From a virus: 64,000 bases of DNA. Made by a program: the position numbers and the translations under genes. The notes under the pieces are model-generated. The model saw nothing but the letters and a program-made list of their open reading frames with translations. It searched no databases and was not told the DNA's origin. Location: positions 1 to 64,000 of the IMG/VR virus record IMGVR_UViG_3300003154_000004; one strand, written 5' to 3'. Shown here one piece after another: positions 61,514-64,000 of the stretch (positions are counted from its first letter, which is position 1; every line of letters begins with the position of its first letter).

Positions 61514-61895
61514 TAACAATCCTCTCTCTTTGCGCTCTCTCATATAATACTCGCATTATGGCAGAGTAGACAGCGAGATCAAGTAAGGTCTGAGTAAGGG
61601 GTTCATCTTGGACTGCGGCTTTTTTCTGTGTGAGTTCGTTCTTCACGAGCCCTTTCACCCTCGACACTTTATCCATGAGCCGATTCATTACAGAAAGCCA
61701 CCCAGGCATTCCATACTCTTCCGACTCTGTAAAATTTGACAAGGGAACACCTCCCCCTGTATAATCATGATCCTTCGCTGCATGCGTTTTGATTGCTTCG
61801 ATGAGAACAGCGAATACCTCGTTGTCTCCCCAATCAGCTGGGATCTCTAATAGGGTGCACATTTTTTGTACATCTGCATCCATTAATGTTGGCAT
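61467..61895 (-). CDS. DUF1599-like (nucleotide-modification-associated, MazG-fold-like) protein
   Basis: ATG 61895 follows GGGAGGAAA. The pattern KDHDYTGGG...LSNF...WLSVMNRLMDKVSRVKGL...LLDLAVYSAIM matches the DUF1599 pattern as I recall it. Confidence 0.45.
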   Translation of the reverse strand: MPTLMDADVQKMCTLLEIPADWGDNEVFAVLIEAIKTHAAKDHDYTGGGVPLSNFTESEEYGMPGWLSVMNRLMDKVSRVKGLVKNELTQKKAAVQDEPLTQTLLDLAVYSAIMRVLYERAQRERIVNETLSRRELPATEEF

Positions 61896-61976
61896 CTCTT
61901 TATTTCCTCCCTCATACCCATATTCGATTGCTACCAATACTCGCTCCGTCGAAGCTGCTCCGCATTTAACTCTTGT

Positions 61977-62624
61977 TTAGGATTCACCATCAATCGTACC
62001 TTCTCTTTCCAGCACTCCTTGTTTTTCTTCATCCGACATGCTACACCAGCTATTCATAACTTCTACTATATCCCGCCTCTGATATGAATACCCGCGCTCT
62101 TTGTACTTCTGTAGTCGGAGAATGGTATCTACAGGATCTCGAATGTTTCGAAGGATCGTACAATTCTCTTCATAGGAATCGAAGGCTGCTTTCGTCGCAT
62201 ATAACACAAGACGATTTAAGAAAAAACAGATCTGGCAAAGGGCGAGATCAAAAGAATGAAGAACGGTTTCAGGTTTCCCTGCGTTAGCATATCGACGGGT
62301 AATGACAGGTTTGATCAGTTGAATAGGTGGAACGGAAAAGAACGAATCAAATGGATTAGAATATCGTGTAAACGTTACTGCTCTGCTCGTCTCCATCTCA
62401 ACCGTTAGTGTATCCGCAAGTAATTTGTACACTCGACCATAATCTAACTCCTTCGTCAAAAACAGATCGATGTCTTTTTGTGACTCATGCCATCCCGCCA
62501 TATATCCTGCATATCCCCCTGCAATGAAAACCTTTTCTTCACATCCCCCTTCAATTAAAAGTTGATTGAGTGGTCGAAGTTCGTTATATCCTCGTCGAAT
62601 TGGAACTTGTCGGAGCTTTTCCAT
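61977..62624 (-). CDS. Hypothetical protein, possible nucleotidyltransferase-fold
   Basis: ATG 62624 follows GGAGGG. VFIAGGYAGYMAGWHESQKDIDLFL resembles a GG...DxD nucleotidyltransferase head. Weak. Confidence 0.3.
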   Translation of the reverse strand: MEKLRQVPIRRGYNELRPLNQLLIEGGCEEKVFIAGGYAGYMAGWHESQKDIDLFLTKELDYGRVYKLLADTLTVEMETSRAVTFTRYSNPFDSFFSVPPIQLIKPVITRRYANAGKPETVLHSFDLALCQICFFLNRLVLYATKAAFDSYEENCTILRNIRDPVDTILRLQKYKERGYSYQRRDIVEVMNSWCSMSDEEKQGVLEREGTIDGES

Positions 62625-62628
62625 CTTC

Positions 62629-63519
62629 TTACCCTCCAAATAGTGTACCTTGCATTTCTCTCAGAGGCCAAGGCCACTCGGGGACACTCTTTTCGAGATC
62701 CAAGAAATAGATCATGTTCAACTGATCGCGCAGTGTGTGGTCGTTGCAAATCCCGCGCTTTATGACGTTCTCTTGCAGTTTCTCGCGCTTGTTTTTGATT
62801 ACTTTTTCGAATGTGCTTTCTCCTAATACAAACCCTTTCATTCTCAGATACTCAATCAAGTAGGCGAAGATGACCTCATCCCCCATACTATCGATGTGCT
62901 GAAAGAGTTCGGATTTCTTCGGACTGCGTCCTGTAACTGCAACCGTCAGTGGGGTTTTGCTGTAATCGTAAACACCATTCGTCTTGCGGGGGACTAGCAC
63001 AATTCCATATCTTCCAAACATAACCCAACTAGTACTGTCTACACTATACCAAGGCCAGCGATGAACGAGTTCTGGACTTGTCATTGCAAATCCGTGTGTC
63101 TTCCACTGTGGTAAGTGATCTTTTCCTGGGCATAGCATACGGAACACTTCATCGCCATGTGCAATGAACTCATGGCGATTGACATCTTGCCCTAGCCCTC
63201 CTATCCCTATATATTCGTATTCATGCATATACCTTTTCAACCATTTGAAATCCTCTCCGTAGTGAAACACAGGGAGTGGGCACAGTTTGTGTGTATCCTC
63301 CAGATACTTCTGTACGCGCCATGTTGCCTCGGGATCGAAGATCACATCGACCGTCACGTAGACATCAAGTCGATGGAGATTCTGTTTTACATACTCCGCA
63401 TAGCGATCCACATAATCCCAAAACTCTTGTGTCTCGATGTACTCGTACCCTCTCCCTTCCCCTTTAATAATCTGCTCATAGATGCTGTGCGCCCCACTAT
63501 CTAGCATTATGTCAATCAT
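62629..63519 (-). CDS. dpdA: TGT-like TIM-barrel protein, candidate DpdA-type DNA transglycosylase
   Basis: N-terminal MLDSGAHS (compare the TGT DSGGFQ catalytic-Asp strand). Also PLPVFHYGED, YIGIGGLG, THGFAMTS and PWYSVDSTSW, patterns I associate with phage DpdA/TGT-like proteins. No CxCxxC zinc site was seen. Confidence 0.4.
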   Translation of the reverse strand: MIDIMLDSGAHSIYEQIIKGEGRGYEYIETQEFWDYVDRYAEYVKQNLHRLDVYVTVDVIFDPEATWRVQKYLEDTHKLCPLPVFHYGEDFKWLKRYMHEYEYIGIGGLGQDVNRHEFIAHGDEVFRMLCPGKDHLPQWKTHGFAMTSPELVHRWPWYSVDSTSWVMFGRYGIVLVPRKTNGVYDYSKTPLTVAVTGRSPKKSELFQHIDSMGDEVIFAYLIEYLRMKGFVLGESTFEKVIKNKREKLQENVIKRGICNDHTLRDQLNMIYFLDLEKSVPEWPWPLREMQGTLFGG

Positions 63520-64000
63520 TTTTGATTTCTCCAGTTCCCATACTTCAAATTGTAATAGATGTCCGCGTGAGGTTCGTCAGTAGCCATCACTTCCAAATAC
63601 CTTGTGAAGCTATCATCAAACCTTTTGTACACCCACGAGAAGTCTTCCTCTTCTTCTACATCGAGTGCGCTTAGAATTACGTTCCTCGCACTCTGTACAG
63701 TGCCTTTTGCATACAAGCAGTCAAGGCGTTCATTGAGGGTTTCAGGGAAACTGAGATAGTAGGGGTAGACTGGATGACAACCACACGTAGTCGCTTCCAG
63801 TAGTGTCCAACTTACAAAGTCTTGATCCGCACAATTAAATTGTACTTTCGACTCAAGGAGATTTCGATAGTAATCTTGCTTGCTCTGATTCTGACGGAGT
63901 TCAAGATTGTGCGGAAAACGATGAAGATACTCTTCGAGTAGTATCAGAAGGGAAGGTCTGTTAGAACGGAGCACCTTTGCAGATGTTGTAATGACGAACT
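63516..64000 (-). CDS. GT-B glycosyltransferase, C-terminal part (gene continues beyond the window edge)
   Basis: The frame stays open to position 64000. DFVSWTLLEATTCGCHPVYP resembles the E...lEA..G.P motif of GT1/GT4 enzymes. Confidence 0.4.
   Translation of the reverse strand, partial: FVITTSAKVLRSNRPSLLILLEEYLHRFPHNLELRQNQSKQDYYRNLLESKVQFNCADQDFVSWTLLEATTCGCHPVYPYYLSFPETLNERLDCLYAKGTVQSARNVILSALDVEEEEDFSWVYKRFDDSFTRYLEVMATDEPHADIYYNLKYGNWRNQK

Noticed and set aside
1-64000. tRNA genes, rRNA genes, integrase/excisionase, tail sheath
   Set aside because: No T-loop-like GGTTCGAATCC-type sequences or cloverleaf-sized conserved segments occur in the few non-coding spacers. No Tyr/Ser recombinase motifs were seen. 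No sheath-sized ORF lies between the head-tail joining genes and the tape measure gene.

Overview
The window looks like most of the genome of a tailed dsDNA phage. It appears siphovirus-like: a 1330-aa tape measure, a G/GT frameshift chaperone pair and no sheath gene. I saw no tRNA, rRNA, CRISPR array or integrase.

Two convergent gene blocks meet with zero spacing at 40072/40073.

**Plus strand, about 0.6-40 kb (late genes)**
- Putative TerS and TerL.
- A structured intergenic region containing an intrinsic terminator.
- Portal, then an S49 protease fused to a scaffold domain, with a probable nested Nu3-like internal start.
- A decoration-position protein and a lambda-gpE-like major capsid protein.
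- Head-tail joining genes, interrupted by a roughly 6.3-kb island of glycosyltransferases (GT4-GT9 fusion, GT2, methyltransferase-like/GT8 fusion) and SAM methyltransferases.
- Major tail protein, G/GT chaperones and tape measure.
- An RcGTA-like tail-tip module (DUF2163/BR0599 hub, NlpC/P60, J-like protein).
- A 1573-aa LamG/discoidin fibre and several other tail proteins carrying long Thr/Ser linkers.
- A small membrane and lipoprotein cluster, then a stand-alone CheY-like receiver domain.

**Minus strand, 40-64 kb (replication, recombination and accessory genes)**
- A second glycosyltransferase/methyltransferase pair, a GIY-YIG nuclease and an M15 endolysin.
- MazG-like proteins and a protein with a Lar-like Zn-ribbon.
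- A Rad50/SbcC-like ATPase split into two genes around an Mre11/SbcD nuclease.
- RuvC-like resolvase, FEN, a RecA/UvsX-like recombinase, possible gp32-like and UvsY-like proteins, and a clamp loader.
- A family-A DNA polymerase with an N-terminal UDG-like domain, and a beta-clamp-like protein.
- A right-edge cluster of DUF1599-like, nucleotidyltransferase-like, DpdA/TGT-like and partial GT-B genes.

**Most interesting hypotheses**
1. A late-expressed virion protein O-glycosylation/methylation system acting on the Thr/Ser linkers of the tail proteins.
2. A DNA hypermodification cassette next to the replisome genes.
3. A 47-nt near-identical element at two module boundaries, 21 kb apart.
4. A phage-borne receiver domain.
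5. A candidate sRNA/terminator between terL and portal.

All functional calls rest on motif recognition by eye. No database search was run.
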